From the NCBI GenBank assembly GCA_964641155.1, contig CAZXJO010000001.1:232765-296764 (forward strand): a stretch of DNA of 64,000 bases, in the 5' to 3' direction. The translations under genes were made by a program, and so were the position numbers. Of the stretch, positions 19,966 through 27,845 are shown piece after piece. Below the pieces are notes generated by a model. The model ran no database searches and had not been told where the DNA came from. It saw nothing but the letters and a program-made list of their open reading frames with translations. The DNA is from an uncultured Desulfurococcaceae archaeon (GTDB lineage: Archaea; Thermoproteota; Thermoprotei_A; Sulfolobales; NBVN01). The number at the start of each line of letters is the position of its first letter. Within the stretch, counting starts at the first letter, position 1.

Positions 19966-20442
19966 CTAGATGGTAAGACCTGAAACCATTAACACCAGTA
20001 TTAAGCCGAACACCATGCCAAGTATTCCGAATAGCTCTTCATATGCAGCCAGGATTAGGGCCGAGGTCAATATCTTGCCCTTAGTTTTAGGCAGCTCTAA
20101 AACACCCTGCATACACACGACTCCTTGGAAGTATGCTGAAAGGGCCTCAGCCAGGAACACCATTAACCCGATACCGACTATTGCTAGGGCTTTAAACGGC
20201 GTTAACTGCATTGATGGGAGAACTATCATTAACGTGTAGAACGTGAATATGAAGCCGTAGAACGTTTGAGTCATAGGCAGCGTTGAAAGTAGCAACACGT
20301 ACTTAAATTGCTCGGGCTCTTCAGCAAGTACTGATAGACCTGCAGGAGCTGCCTTACTTATACCTCCAGCAGACCCAACTACCCCGCCTGCAATACCTAG
20401 GGTCGCACCGAAAGATGCTAGGGCTATTAAAGCATCCATCAA
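19966..20442 (-). CDS. atpK: A-type ATP synthase proteolipid (subunit K/c), duplicated 4-helix form
   Basis: 158 aa with two hairpin repeats. Gly-rich helices are GATLGIAGGVVGSAGG and AIVGIGL..AYFQG. A carboxylate context is present only in the last helix (AAYEELFGILG). The first hairpin has PMTQTFYGF at the equivalent position. Confidence 0.85.
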   Translation of the reverse strand: MMDALIALASFGATLGIAGGVVGSAGGISKAAPAGLSVLAEEPEQFKYVLLLSTLPMTQTFYGFIFTFYTLMIVLPSMQLTPFKALAIVGIGLMVFLAEALSAYFQGVVCMQGVLELPKTKGKILTSALILAAYEELFGILGMVFGLILVLMVSGLTI

Positions 20443-20500
20443 ACCACCAGGGCTAATTAACCAAGTGGGAATTAAAAACGTTAAACGAGGTGGTGGCCAT

Positions 20501-20695
20501 TCAAGACGGTATTTTCGACTGAATTTCCTTCCTGAACGTCTCCAAATCCATGCTGTCTCTATACCTCGACAACTCGATTAAGACTACCTTACCCCTATAA
20601 ACACATCTTAAAATCTCCTTCTCCTTCAACCTATAGATGTCTAACACCCTAAGACCTAGCCTCTTAGCCTCCGATGCATACCTACTTAACCTCAA
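20501..20695 (-). CDS. Hypothetical small protein upstream of the ATPase operon
   Basis: 64-aa ORF on the same strand as the operon, with no recognisable motif. Coding status is uncertain. Confidence 0.3.
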   Translation of the reverse strand: MRLSRYASEAKRLGLRVLDIYRLKEKEILRCVYRGKVVLIELSRYRDSMDLETFRKEIQSKIPS

Positions 20696-20749
20696 ACCGC
20701 CACACCCTAACTTAGGGTTATGAAGGAGTAAAAATCTTTTTCACTGAGG

Positions 20750-20845
20750 TGGGGCCGCGGCCGGGATTTGAACCCGGGACCTCGGGATCTCCACCTCTTC
20801 AGGAGCCCACAGTCCCGCGCTCTTCCAGGCTGAGCTACCGCGGCC
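20750..20845 (-). tRNA. tRNA-His (GUG) with an 18-nt intron at 37/38, encoded G-1 and CCA
   Basis: I folded the cloverleaf by hand. It has G-1, acceptor GCCGCGG/CCGCGGC with C73, D arm GCTC-AGCCTGGAA-GAGC, and anticodon stem CGGGA/TCCCG with loop CTGTGG|intron GCTCCTGAAGAGGTGGAG|A. The T arm is CCGGG-TTCAAAT-CCCGG, followed by a terminal CCA. Confidence 0.9.
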
Positions 20846-21000
20846 ACAACCTACACTAGATATTTGGGTACGGCTCTTAAAATTTTTATTTAGTTCCTCA
20901 CATAACGTCCCTCAACGTAAGTTGATGGAGGGCATTAAGAGGTGACTCAAAACTATATATGCGACATTGTGATGATGTAAGTTAGGCAGTGGTGTGATGG

Positions 21001-22542
21001 ATGAGTAACGTTAAGGTCTTCGGTGAGGAGGTCTACGTAGCCGACTCTACAGCGATCATCAGCGGTGCCCTACGTAAGTTGTTAAGTGATAATAAGCTTT
21101 CAGGTAGGTTAGTGATCTGCCGTGAGCTTATTGAGTACTTTGAAGGTTTGGCCAATGAGGGTAGGAGCATAGGATTCATAGGACTTGAAGAACTACGTAT
21201 GATAAGGGCCCTAAGTGATAAGCAGAAGGTTACCATAGACTACTTAGCTATTAATAAGAAGATCAATAACGTAGATACGGCCATTTTGGAGTTTACGTAC
21301 GATTTGGGTGGTACTTTAGTAACTTCAAGTAGGGTTCAAGCACTTGCTGCTGAAGTGTTGGGGGTTAAAGCGTATTATATGGCTTCATCTCATGGGGTAG
21401 GTTTAGTTCTCGATAAGTTTTTCGACAAGGACACCATGAGCGTACACCTTAGGGAGGGTGTTAGGCCCTTAGCTAAGAAGGGTAGGCCTGGTAAATGGTA
21501 TCTGGTTGAGTTGGACTCACAGTCCCTAACAAGAGATGATATCGAGCTGATAGCTAATGAGGTGATGGAGCTCGCCAGGAACAGCCCGAACAGCATTATT
21601 GAGGTTGACAGGCCGGGGTCTACTATAGTGCAGTTAGGTGATTACAGAGTCATCATAACTAGACCGCCAATGAGTAATGGCTGGGAAATCACCGCAGTTA
21701 AACCTCTGGTAAGACCTAAACTCGAGGATTACAACCTACCTGAAAAGCTGTTGAGGAGGTTTGAGGAGAGGGCTGAGGGTATTTTAATAGCTGGGGCCCC
21801 CGGTATGGGTAAGACAACGTTCGCCCAGGCTTTGGCTGAGTACTACTCAAGGAGTAAGAAGGTTGTGAAGACCATCGAATCGCCTAGGGATATGAGGCTA
21901 CCGCCCCAAGTAACGCAGTACTCTAAGGTGTACGCATCCCCTGATGAGTTACATGATGTCTTACTGCTTAGCAGACCTGATTACACGGTATTTGATGAGA
22001 TGAGGACTGATGATGACTTCAAACTCTACGTGGACCTACGCCTAGCTGGTATCGGGATGGTGGGGGTTGTTCATGCAACGAGCCCGATAGATGCCCTGCA
22101 GAGGTTCATCAGAAGGGTTGATCTAGGCATGATACCCAGCATAATAGATACCGTAGTGTTCATAGATAAGGGAGAGGTGAGTAAGGTGTACGTCGTAAGT
22201 ATGACTGTTAAGCTACCCACAGGCCTTAAAGAGGCGGATCTCGCCCGCCCTGTCGTTGAGGTCAGAGACTTCCTCACGAACGAGTTGGAGTACGAGATCT
22301 ACACGTTCGGGGAGCAGACAGTGGTGGTACCCGTCAAGGATTTGACTAGGACGAGTGTTGAGCATAGGTTGAAGAGCATCATATCGAAGGATTTACCATC
22401 AGCCGATGTTAGGATTGACGGTAAGTCAGTAACCATCTACGTGCCTAAGGACGATTTAAAGTATTTGAGGAAGGCATCTAAAAGGTTAAAAAGGTTGGAG
22501 AGAGAGTACGGTCTTGAGGTAGAAGTCAAGGTCATCGAATGA
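21001..22542 (+). CDS. PIN-domain/ATPase/KH-domain protein (PINA, COG1855-like)
   Basis: 513 aa with an N-terminal PIN-like region, Walker A GAPGMGKTT, and a C-terminal KH-like tail. The architecture matches the archaeal PilT-like PINA family. Confidence 0.7.
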   Translation: MSNVKVFGEEVYVADSTAIISGALRKLLSDNKLSGRLVICRELIEYFEGLANEGRSIGFIGLEELRMIRALSDKQKVTIDYLAINKKINNVDTAILEFTYDLGGTLVTSSRVQALAAEVLGVKAYYMASSHGVGLVLDKFFDKDTMSVHLREGVRPLAKKGRPGKWYLVELDSQSLTRDDIELIANEVMELARNSPNSIIEVDRPGSTIVQLGDYRVIITRPPMSNGWEITAVKPLVRPKLEDYNLPEKLLRRFEERAEGILIAGAPGMGKTTFAQALAEYYSRSKKVVKTIESPRDMRLPPQVTQYSKVYASPDELHDVLLLSRPDYTVFDEMRTDDDFKLYVDLRLAGIGMVGVVHATSPIDALQRFIRRVDLGMIPSIIDTVVFIDKGEVSKVYVVSMTVKLPTGLKEADLARPVVEVRDFLTNELEYEIYTFGEQTVVVPVKDLTRTSVEHRLKSIISKDLPSADVRIDGKSVTIYVPKDDLKYLRKASKRLKRLEREYGLEVEVKVIE

Positions 22543-22919
22543 CCGTAAACTACAAAGTCGTTAAGGAATTCTTGGAGTCGTCCAGTTGCCTAAGCGATTT
22601 AAGTGATAGGGTTAGGGAGTCCCTTTACGAAAGAAGGGTTCTGAAGCTGGTGTGTGGTGATAACCATTACTGGTTTTTTAATAGCAAAGAAAGGGATTAC
22701 CTCATAGTTCCTAAGTTATATTGCAGCTGTATGGATTTCGAGTTAAACGTGATCACCAGGGGTTCTAAGAAGTACTGCTACCACATAATAACCCAGCGAT
22801 GTGCTGAGGTGAGTGGGATGTTTAAAGAGCTACTCGTCGACAGCGAAACGCTTAACGACATAGTTACCGAGGTAGTATACGTTGGTAGGAGCAACACCTT
22901 AAGGAAGTTGTTAATATAG
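22539..22919 (+). CDS. SWIM zinc-finger protein
   Basis: 126 aa. SWIM signature CSCMDFELNVITRGSKKYCYHI (CxC..CxH). Its start overlaps the PINA stop (ATGA). Confidence 0.55.
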   Translation: MTVNYKVVKEFLESSSCLSDLSDRVRESLYERRVLKLVCGDNHYWFFNSKERDYLIVPKLYCSCMDFELNVITRGSKKYCYHIITQRCAEVSGMFKELLVDSETLNDIVTEVVYVGRSNTLRKLLI

Positions 22920-22967
22920 CGGAAACAATTATATAAACCTTAAAACGTCAGGTATTACGGTGTGTTG

Positions 22968-23267
22968 ATGGGGAGGAGAAGCAGGAAGAGGTATAAGAGC
23001 GTATCACCTGTTTTGAGGAAGCCTCCTACCAGATTTCAATGCCCTACCTGCGGTTTGATGACTCTAACAGTTAGTATTGATAGGAATGAAGGGAGTGCTG
23101 TAGTCTCATGCAGTAACCAGAAATGCGGTCTAAGAGCTTCCCTGAGGAACATACCCAAGATATATCAAGAGGTGGACGTCTACGCTAAGTTTCTTGATAA
23201 GTTTACCGAAGGCGGTATAGAGGTGGTCTACAACAGGGGTGTTAGTGAGGATGAAGTGGAGGGGTAG
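22968..23267 (+). CDS. Transcription elongation factor Elf1-like zinc-ribbon protein
   Basis: N-terminus MGRRSRKRYK, ribbon FQCPTCG...VSCSNQKCG, and a DVYAKFLD motif as in Elf1/DUF701. A TATA box ATTATATAAA lies about 34 nt upstream of the ATG at 22968. Confidence 0.7.
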   Translation: MGRRSRKRYKSVSPVLRKPPTRFQCPTCGLMTLTVSIDRNEGSAVVSCSNQKCGLRASLRNIPKIYQEVDVYAKFLDKFTEGGIEVVYNRGVSEDEVEG

Positions 23268-24003
23268 GGTAAACGACTATATAGAGAGTAAGATAAGGAA
23301 TGGTGAGACAGTACACCTATCCTTAATTGACCCTGCTAAGGTCCATGATTTAAGGAGCTTGTATGAGGTGGCTGGGAGGCTAGTTGCTGCAGGCACTGAC
23401 GCCTTTTTAGTGGGTGGCAGTATAGGTGTCTCAGAATCTGATGTCGACTCCATAGTTACTGCCCTCGAGGGATATGGTAAGCCCGTGATACTCTTCCCCG
23501 GGAACGTCAACGGGCTTTCACGTGCTGCCGATGCTGTGTTATTCATGAGTCTGCTGAACTCGGACGACCCATACTACATTGTTGGTGCGCAGGTGATCGG
23601 GGCACCTATAATCAAGAAATACGGCTTAGAGCCGTTACCAACAGCGTACATAGTGGTCGGGCACGGGGGGACTGCGGGATTCATAGGCAAGGCGAGGCCG
23701 CTCCCAATGGAGAAGCCTGAGATAGGTGCTGCATATGTGTTGGCTGCGGAGTACTTAGGTATGCGTTACATATACCTGGAAGCCGGTTCTGGGAGCCCCC
23801 AACCCGTAAGTCCTCAATACATCAAGTATGTAAGCTCGGTCACCGGTAAGTCCCATCTAATAATTGGCGGAGGGATTAGGAGGTCGGAAGATGCTGTTAA
23901 AATAGTTGATGCGGGGGCAGACATAGTAGTTACTGGGAACGTTATAGAAGATGATTTGGTAAGGGCTGAGGAATTAATAAGGGCTGTGAAGAAACGCTGT
24001 TAG
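23251..24003 (+). CDS. Geranylgeranylglyceryl phosphate synthase (GGGPS/PcrB family)
   Basis: About 250 aa with ..VHLSLIDPAK.., GGSIGVS, YLEAGSGS and IGGGIRR motifs. An alternative GTG start lies at 23239. Confidence 0.8.
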   Translation: MKWRGRVNDYIESKIRNGETVHLSLIDPAKVHDLRSLYEVAGRLVAAGTDAFLVGGSIGVSESDVDSIVTALEGYGKPVILFPGNVNGLSRAADAVLFMSLLNSDDPYYIVGAQVIGAPIIKKYGLEPLPTAYIVVGHGGTAGFIGKARPLPMEKPEIGAAYVLAAEYLGMRYIYLEAGSGSPQPVSPQYIKYVSSVTGKSHLIIGGGIRRSEDAVKIVDAGADIVVTGNVIEDDLVRAEELIRAVKKRC

Positions 24004-24096
24004 TGTTATTTCTTTATAAATTTTTCTGATTTAACAGCTCAGCATCACAGCAGGATGAATTAAGAGGTTCCCAGCGTCTTCACAATCAGATGCTAC

Positions 24097-24522
24097 ATGA
24101 ATTTACTAAGTAACTTACTAAGTAAAGGTCTGACAAAGGTGACAGCTACTCTGGCCCTGTTCCTAGTGGTAATGGGGGCATCAACAATTACATGGTCCCT
24201 GATAATAATTGCAGGGGACCAAACAATCGCAACCGCCCCCAGTACAGTGAAGCTAGAATCGGTGATGTACGATGAGGAGGGCAAGGAACTAATCCTCAAC
24301 ATCAGAACCCGTGGGGAAAACCGCAAGGACCTGAAAATCACCCTGTACAGGCTCAGCACCGGGAATTTATATAAGGTCACGATTAGTGAGGTACTTTTCA
24401 AAGAAGTTGATTCGAACTTAGCGGTCATTAGTTTAAGGTTCAGCGATGAACTTCTAAACGGTAGCTATTCCTTAAAGCTGGAAGTACGTAACTGGATTTT
24501 AGAATACAAGTTCCGTATATGA
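24097..24522 (+). CDS. Putative type IV pilin-like (class III signal peptide) secreted protein
   Basis: 141 aa. The N-terminus ..LLSKG|LTKVTATLALFLVVMGASTI resembles an archaeal prepilin signal followed by a hydrophobic helix, and the rest is beta-rich. The antisense ORF at 24093-24428 is judged spurious. Confidence 0.45.
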   Translation: MNLLSNLLSKGLTKVTATLALFLVVMGASTITWSLIIIAGDQTIATAPSTVKLESVMYDEEGKELILNIRTRGENRKDLKITLYRLSTGNLYKVTISEVLFKEVDSNLAVISLRFSDELLNGSYSLKLEVRNWILEYKFRI

Positions 24523-24820
24523 AATGTTCGAATTGTAAAGTAAAAACGGGGCGGGGGTTAACGCTCTGCTCTTTAGAAGGAATCGGCGTTGTAGGGATCT
24601 CCCCTTAACGGGAGGATCTTGGCGGCCGCTAGGCCCATTATTACGATTTTCACAGCTAAGGGGAGAGCTGGTGATGTGAGTAACTTTAACTTTAGTTCGG
24701 TTTTACCCATACGATATCACCGAACTATTTGATAGTAAGCAATTTGTTTAAATTTTCTGACATTGTTTGGTTGTCTTATGTGGAAATGTTAATAAAGTGC
24801 TGTGTGTAAGATTTAGATCG

Positions 24821-25882
24821 ATGTCTACTGTGAGAAAAGACTTCGTAGACGAGATGAAAAAACTCTCCGAAAATTTCTATAGGAATTTAGATTTTTCTCT
24901 AGCTAGCTTAATAGAACATATACTCTCCTATGAGTACTTACCTATGAAGACAGACATTGCTAGGGACTTAAACATACCGTCATACACGCTTTCACGTAAG
25001 TTGGGATTGCTTAGGAGGTTGGGAGTGGCGTTCGGTGTTAAAGTTGACTTCCTGGCAATAGGGTTGAACAGGTTGGTAATCATAACTAATGAGCTGGTAG
25101 AGCTGGACAACATTCTGAAAGACGGTTTCGCTGATAGGTTCATCTCTTTCTACGCGCCGATAATATTACCCTTTCAGGGCACTCTGATATCCTACTACAT
25201 ACCCAACACCATCAACGTAAATGATGTTGTTTCGAAGTTTAGGAACGTTGTTCTGTATGACGTCATTAATAAGTCCTTATATTCTAAGGCTAAGTTAACA
25301 CAACACTTTGACTTCACTAAGAAGTCTTTCAAAATTAATTGGGATAGGCTACATAAGCTAGCCCGAGAAGGTAACATACCATACAAAAACATCGACCTAA
25401 GCCTGTATGGGAGAGCTAAATTCGACTTCTTAGACCTGCTAATAATTAAGGAACTAGAGACAAACCCGTTCGATCATGCAATGAAGATTAGTAAGGTGTT
25501 AGGGGTAAATTACCCGAAGGTCCTCAGACATTTCAACCTCCATGTCAGTAAGATCGTTAAGGGTTTTAGGTTAAGGCTCGTACCACTTCCCCCTGAGAAC
25601 TCCCTCTACGTTCTAATGAGAGTTGAGGGTGATTACGGACTGCTGTGCAGACTAGCTAACGCGCTCTCCGAACTGATCTTTATTGCAGGCATTCACCTGT
25701 CATTTAAAGGTGTGATGTACATCTTTTCTGTAGTTGATTCCGACATACTTAACAACCTACTCAAATACTTGAAGGACTTCAACGTAAGTTACAGTGTCTA
25801 CCTCCTAGATAGGTACCGTAGAGTGGTTTACACGATACCGTACACGGAGTACTCTAAGCTTCTGAGAAGTTGGAATGGTTGA
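24821..25882 (+). CDS. Putative transcriptional regulator with two HTH-like regions
   Basis: HTH-like segments are KTDIARDLNIPSYTLSRKLGLLRRLGV and LIIKELETNPFDHAMKISKVLGVNYPKVLRHF. The ATG at 24821 is preceded by TTTAAATT at about 24747. The outermost alternative start is 24767. Confidence 0.5.
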   Translation: MSTVRKDFVDEMKKLSENFYRNLDFSLASLIEHILSYEYLPMKTDIARDLNIPSYTLSRKLGLLRRLGVAFGVKVDFLAIGLNRLVIITNELVELDNILKDGFADRFISFYAPIILPFQGTLISYYIPNTINVNDVVSKFRNVVLYDVINKSLYSKAKLTQHFDFTKKSFKINWDRLHKLAREGNIPYKNIDLSLYGRAKFDFLDLLIIKELETNPFDHAMKISKVLGVNYPKVLRHFNLHVSKIVKGFRLRLVPLPPENSLYVLMRVEGDYGLLCRLANALSELIFIAGIHLSFKGVMYIFSVVDSDILNNLLKYLKDFNVSYSVYLLDRYRRVVYTIPYTEYSKLLRSWNG

Positions 25883-25907
25883 AACCTCCACATCGATCGT
25901 TCCTGGT

Positions 25908-26165
25908 TTACACGGCTGTTGAGTACTTCTTCTTAATGCATGTCTCAACATCAACGTCTAGCAGGTTAGCCAATGAAATGAGCCATGCTAGTACGTCCGC
26001 AATTTCTTCCTCGACCTTCCCCCTATCATTTGAGAGTAATGCCTCCGCCAGCTCCCCCACCTCCTCTACGAACCAGGTGAAGGTGGCGTATAGACCCCTG
26101 GCACTGTCTTTCTCATAATAATACCTCCTCATTCGTTCCTGGACTTCACCTATTGTTAAACCCAT
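25908..26165 (-). CDS. MazG-like nucleotide pyrophosphohydrolase (small, single domain)
   Basis: 85 aa with EEVGELAEAL ... EEEIADVLAWLISLANLLDVDVE, typical of the MazG/NTP-PPase helical core. Confidence 0.75.
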   Translation of the reverse strand: MGLTIGEVQERMRRYYYEKDSARGLYATFTWFVEEVGELAEALLSNDRGKVEEEIADVLAWLISLANLLDVDVETCIKKKYSTAV

Positions 26166-26349
26166 GGCACCCCACTAATATTCCTAATAGACTTAACAAT
26201 CTTTTAAGGAATGTGATTCACTAAGACCTCCCAACATCCGGGCCAAGTTAGGCGCTCATCGCTGGGAGTTTGTTGGTTGCATGCAGGCACCGAGCCTGTA
26301 GGCCGGAATAGTTTAAATTTGCAGTAATTTAGTATCTGTAGGTGTTGAA

Positions 26350-26514
26350 GTGTCTAGTAGGAAGAGGAAGAGTTCGGGACCTCAATCAGCGGCAGGTCTG
26401 GTTAGGTTCTTTGAGGATGTGGAGTCTAAGCTTACAATATCACCTGTGGCTTTACTTGTTCTGGCAGCGGTTTTCGTATCACTTGTAGTTGCTATGAACC
26501 TGCTAATCAAGTGA
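26350..26514 (+). CDS. Preprotein translocase subunit Sec61-beta (SecG, archaeal)
   Basis: 54-aa ORF, below the track cutoff, with a GTG start. Sequence MSSRKRKSSGPQSAAGLVRFFEDVESKLTISPVALLVLAAVFVSLVVAMNLLIK shows the AGL(V/I)R(F/Y) motif plus a C-terminal TM anchor. TATA TTTAAATT lies at 26313-26320. Confidence 0.7.
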   Translation: MSSRKRKSSGPQSAAGLVRFFEDVESKLTISPVALLVLAAVFVSLVVAMNLLIK

Positions 26515-26844
26515 ATTTAACTAACGGTTCACGACTCCAATAAACCCTGTAAATCTAGGCGTCCCTTGAGACCCCATTCCGCCACTAGTTTAGCAACCTC
26601 AGCTGTTTCCAAATTGACGGAGCAGAGTGTGTGGAGATGTGTGCTTAAACACCACCTTGGATGTCCCCCAGCTTACCTCTGAGCACCGTTATTGGGCGGT
26701 GTAGGGTCAACCCTTCATGATTGTTGATACCTATAAATGTTTGAAGAAGTTCTTAACTTATGCTTAAACATTAGTGTTGAATACGAGCTTGAACTTGTTA
26801 AGGTGGTTTTAAGTTTATTAGTTAACTTCATATTGTAAAAACAG

Positions 26845-27423
26845 ATGTCTGTGATACCATCACCAGATGAAATTAGGAGGATGAGGATAGCTGTTGGTTT
26901 AACACAGAAGGAGTTAGCTAGAATAGCCGGTGTTAGTCAATCACTAATAGCTAGGATTGAGAAAGGTAATGTCAACCCCAGGATGAATACGTTGAGGAAG
27001 ATACTGGACGCAATTAATAGGACATCAAAAACAAGTGAGACCGTGGAGAAAATCATGACGACACCTGTGCTCTCAGTCTACGTTGACGAACCGCTAACTC
27101 AGATAATAGACCTCATGGACTCTAAAGGCATTTCACAAGTCCCAGTACTTGATAAGGGTAATAGGATTGTGGGCATGATATATGAGTCAACGTTAGTGAA
27201 GATATTAAGAAGTAGGAAGGATTTGAGGAGGCTAACAGCTCTGGACGCAGTCGAACCACCACCACCTCAAGTACCTAAAGAAACACCTATATCACTCGTC
27301 GAATCACTTCTGCTAATCTATCCAGCGGTACTTGTCGTGGATAAAGATGGTGTGAAGGGAATTATAACGAAAATAGACCTTATAAAATACTACATGAGGT
27401 CACCAACTCTCGGTTCACCGTAG
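26845..27423 (+). CDS. XRE-type HTH + CBS-pair domain protein
   Basis: 192 aa with HTH LTQKELARIAGVSQSLIARIEKGNVNP followed by CBS-like repeats (IMTTPVLSV..., VLVVDKDGVKGIITKIDL). Confidence 0.75.
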   Translation: MSVIPSPDEIRRMRIAVGLTQKELARIAGVSQSLIARIEKGNVNPRMNTLRKILDAINRTSKTSETVEKIMTTPVLSVYVDEPLTQIIDLMDSKGISQVPVLDKGNRIVGMIYESTLVKILRSRKDLRRLTALDAVEPPPPQVPKETPISLVESLLLIYPAVLVVDKDGVKGIITKIDLIKYYMRSPTLGSP

Positions 27424-27485
27424 ATTTAGCGGTGGAACGAACCACTCAAGTATCGGACTTGTTGTAAAGTGGGACAATAGACCCA

Positions 27486-27506
27486 CTCCACTAGAAATGG
27501 AGGGGT
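27486..27506 (+). repeat. ORB-like element a
   Basis: CTCCACTAGAAATGGAGGGGT, 17/21 to the local consensus. Confidence 0.65.
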
Positions 27507-27553
27507 TCACATCACTTTTGAAACCAATGACATCAATCACAAATCAGAGGTAG

Positions 27554-27574
27554 ACCCCTAAATTTCCTGTGGAA
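27554..27574 (-). repeat. ORB-like element b (inverted)
   Basis: The reverse complement reads TTCCACAGGAAATTTAGGGGT, 19/21 to the consensus. The G-string is distal to the AT-rich core. Confidence 0.7.
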
Positions 27575-27584
27575 ACCCAACCCC

Positions 27585-27720
27585 ATAATATCTCAATATT
27601 AATGATGATGTAGATTAAATGTTTGTATAATTATCTCAATATAAAGAGATTTGGTCTCTCATAAATAATTCAACAAAATCACCAAACAAATTAAATAATG
27701 TAAATCAGAGTTACTCCAAA
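27585..27720. other. AT-rich putative duplex unwinding element
   Basis: I count about 30 G+C in 136 nt. It contains the direct repeat TATCTCAATAT at 27589-27599 and 27632-27642. Confidence 0.6.
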
Positions 27721-27724
27721 CGAG

Positions 27725-27745
27725 TTCCACATGAAGTTGAGGGGT
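27725..27745 (+). repeat. ORB-like element c
   Basis: TTCCACATGAAGTTGAGGGGT, 20/21 to the consensus. The G-string is distal to the AT-rich core. Confidence 0.7.
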
Positions 27746-27824
27746 ACCACCCATCGCAACATTTAATCATCAAAACACAGTCCCCTGACTGTTTGTTGTG
27801 GTGTGTGGGTGGGAATTAAGTGGG

Positions 27825-27845
27825 TTACAAATGAAACAGAGGGGT
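27825..27845 (+). repeat. ORB-like element d (degenerate)
   Basis: TTACAAATGAAACAGAGGGGT, 17/21 to the consensus. Confidence 0.55.

Larger units (their letters stand above)
27486..27845. other. Candidate chromosomal replication origin (oriC): ORB-like repeats flanking an AT-rich unwinding element
   Basis: Four copies of a 21-nt motif (consensus TTCCACATGAAATTGAGGGGT) lie in an ORF-free gap. The two inner copies are inverted around a ~78% A+T stretch. Confidence 0.7.

Noticed and set aside
20969-21012. C-box-like GTGATGA and GTGATGG upstream of and overlapping the PINA start
   Set aside because: No CTGA-type D or D' box occurs at the required 12-nt spacing, and the second box overlaps the PINA start codon. 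This is probably chance.
24093-24428. 111-aa minus-strand ORF overlapping the pilin-like gene
   Set aside because: The plus-strand frame has a coherent signal-peptide-plus-beta-domain organisation and a TATA box (TTTATAAAT at about 24015) upstream. The minus frame is Ser/Leu/Arg-rich with no upstream signal.
25870-26118. 82-aa plus-strand ORF overlapping the MazG-like gene
   Set aside because: The minus-strand frame has the clear MazG EExxE/ExxD helical motifs. The plus frame is Ser-rich low complexity.
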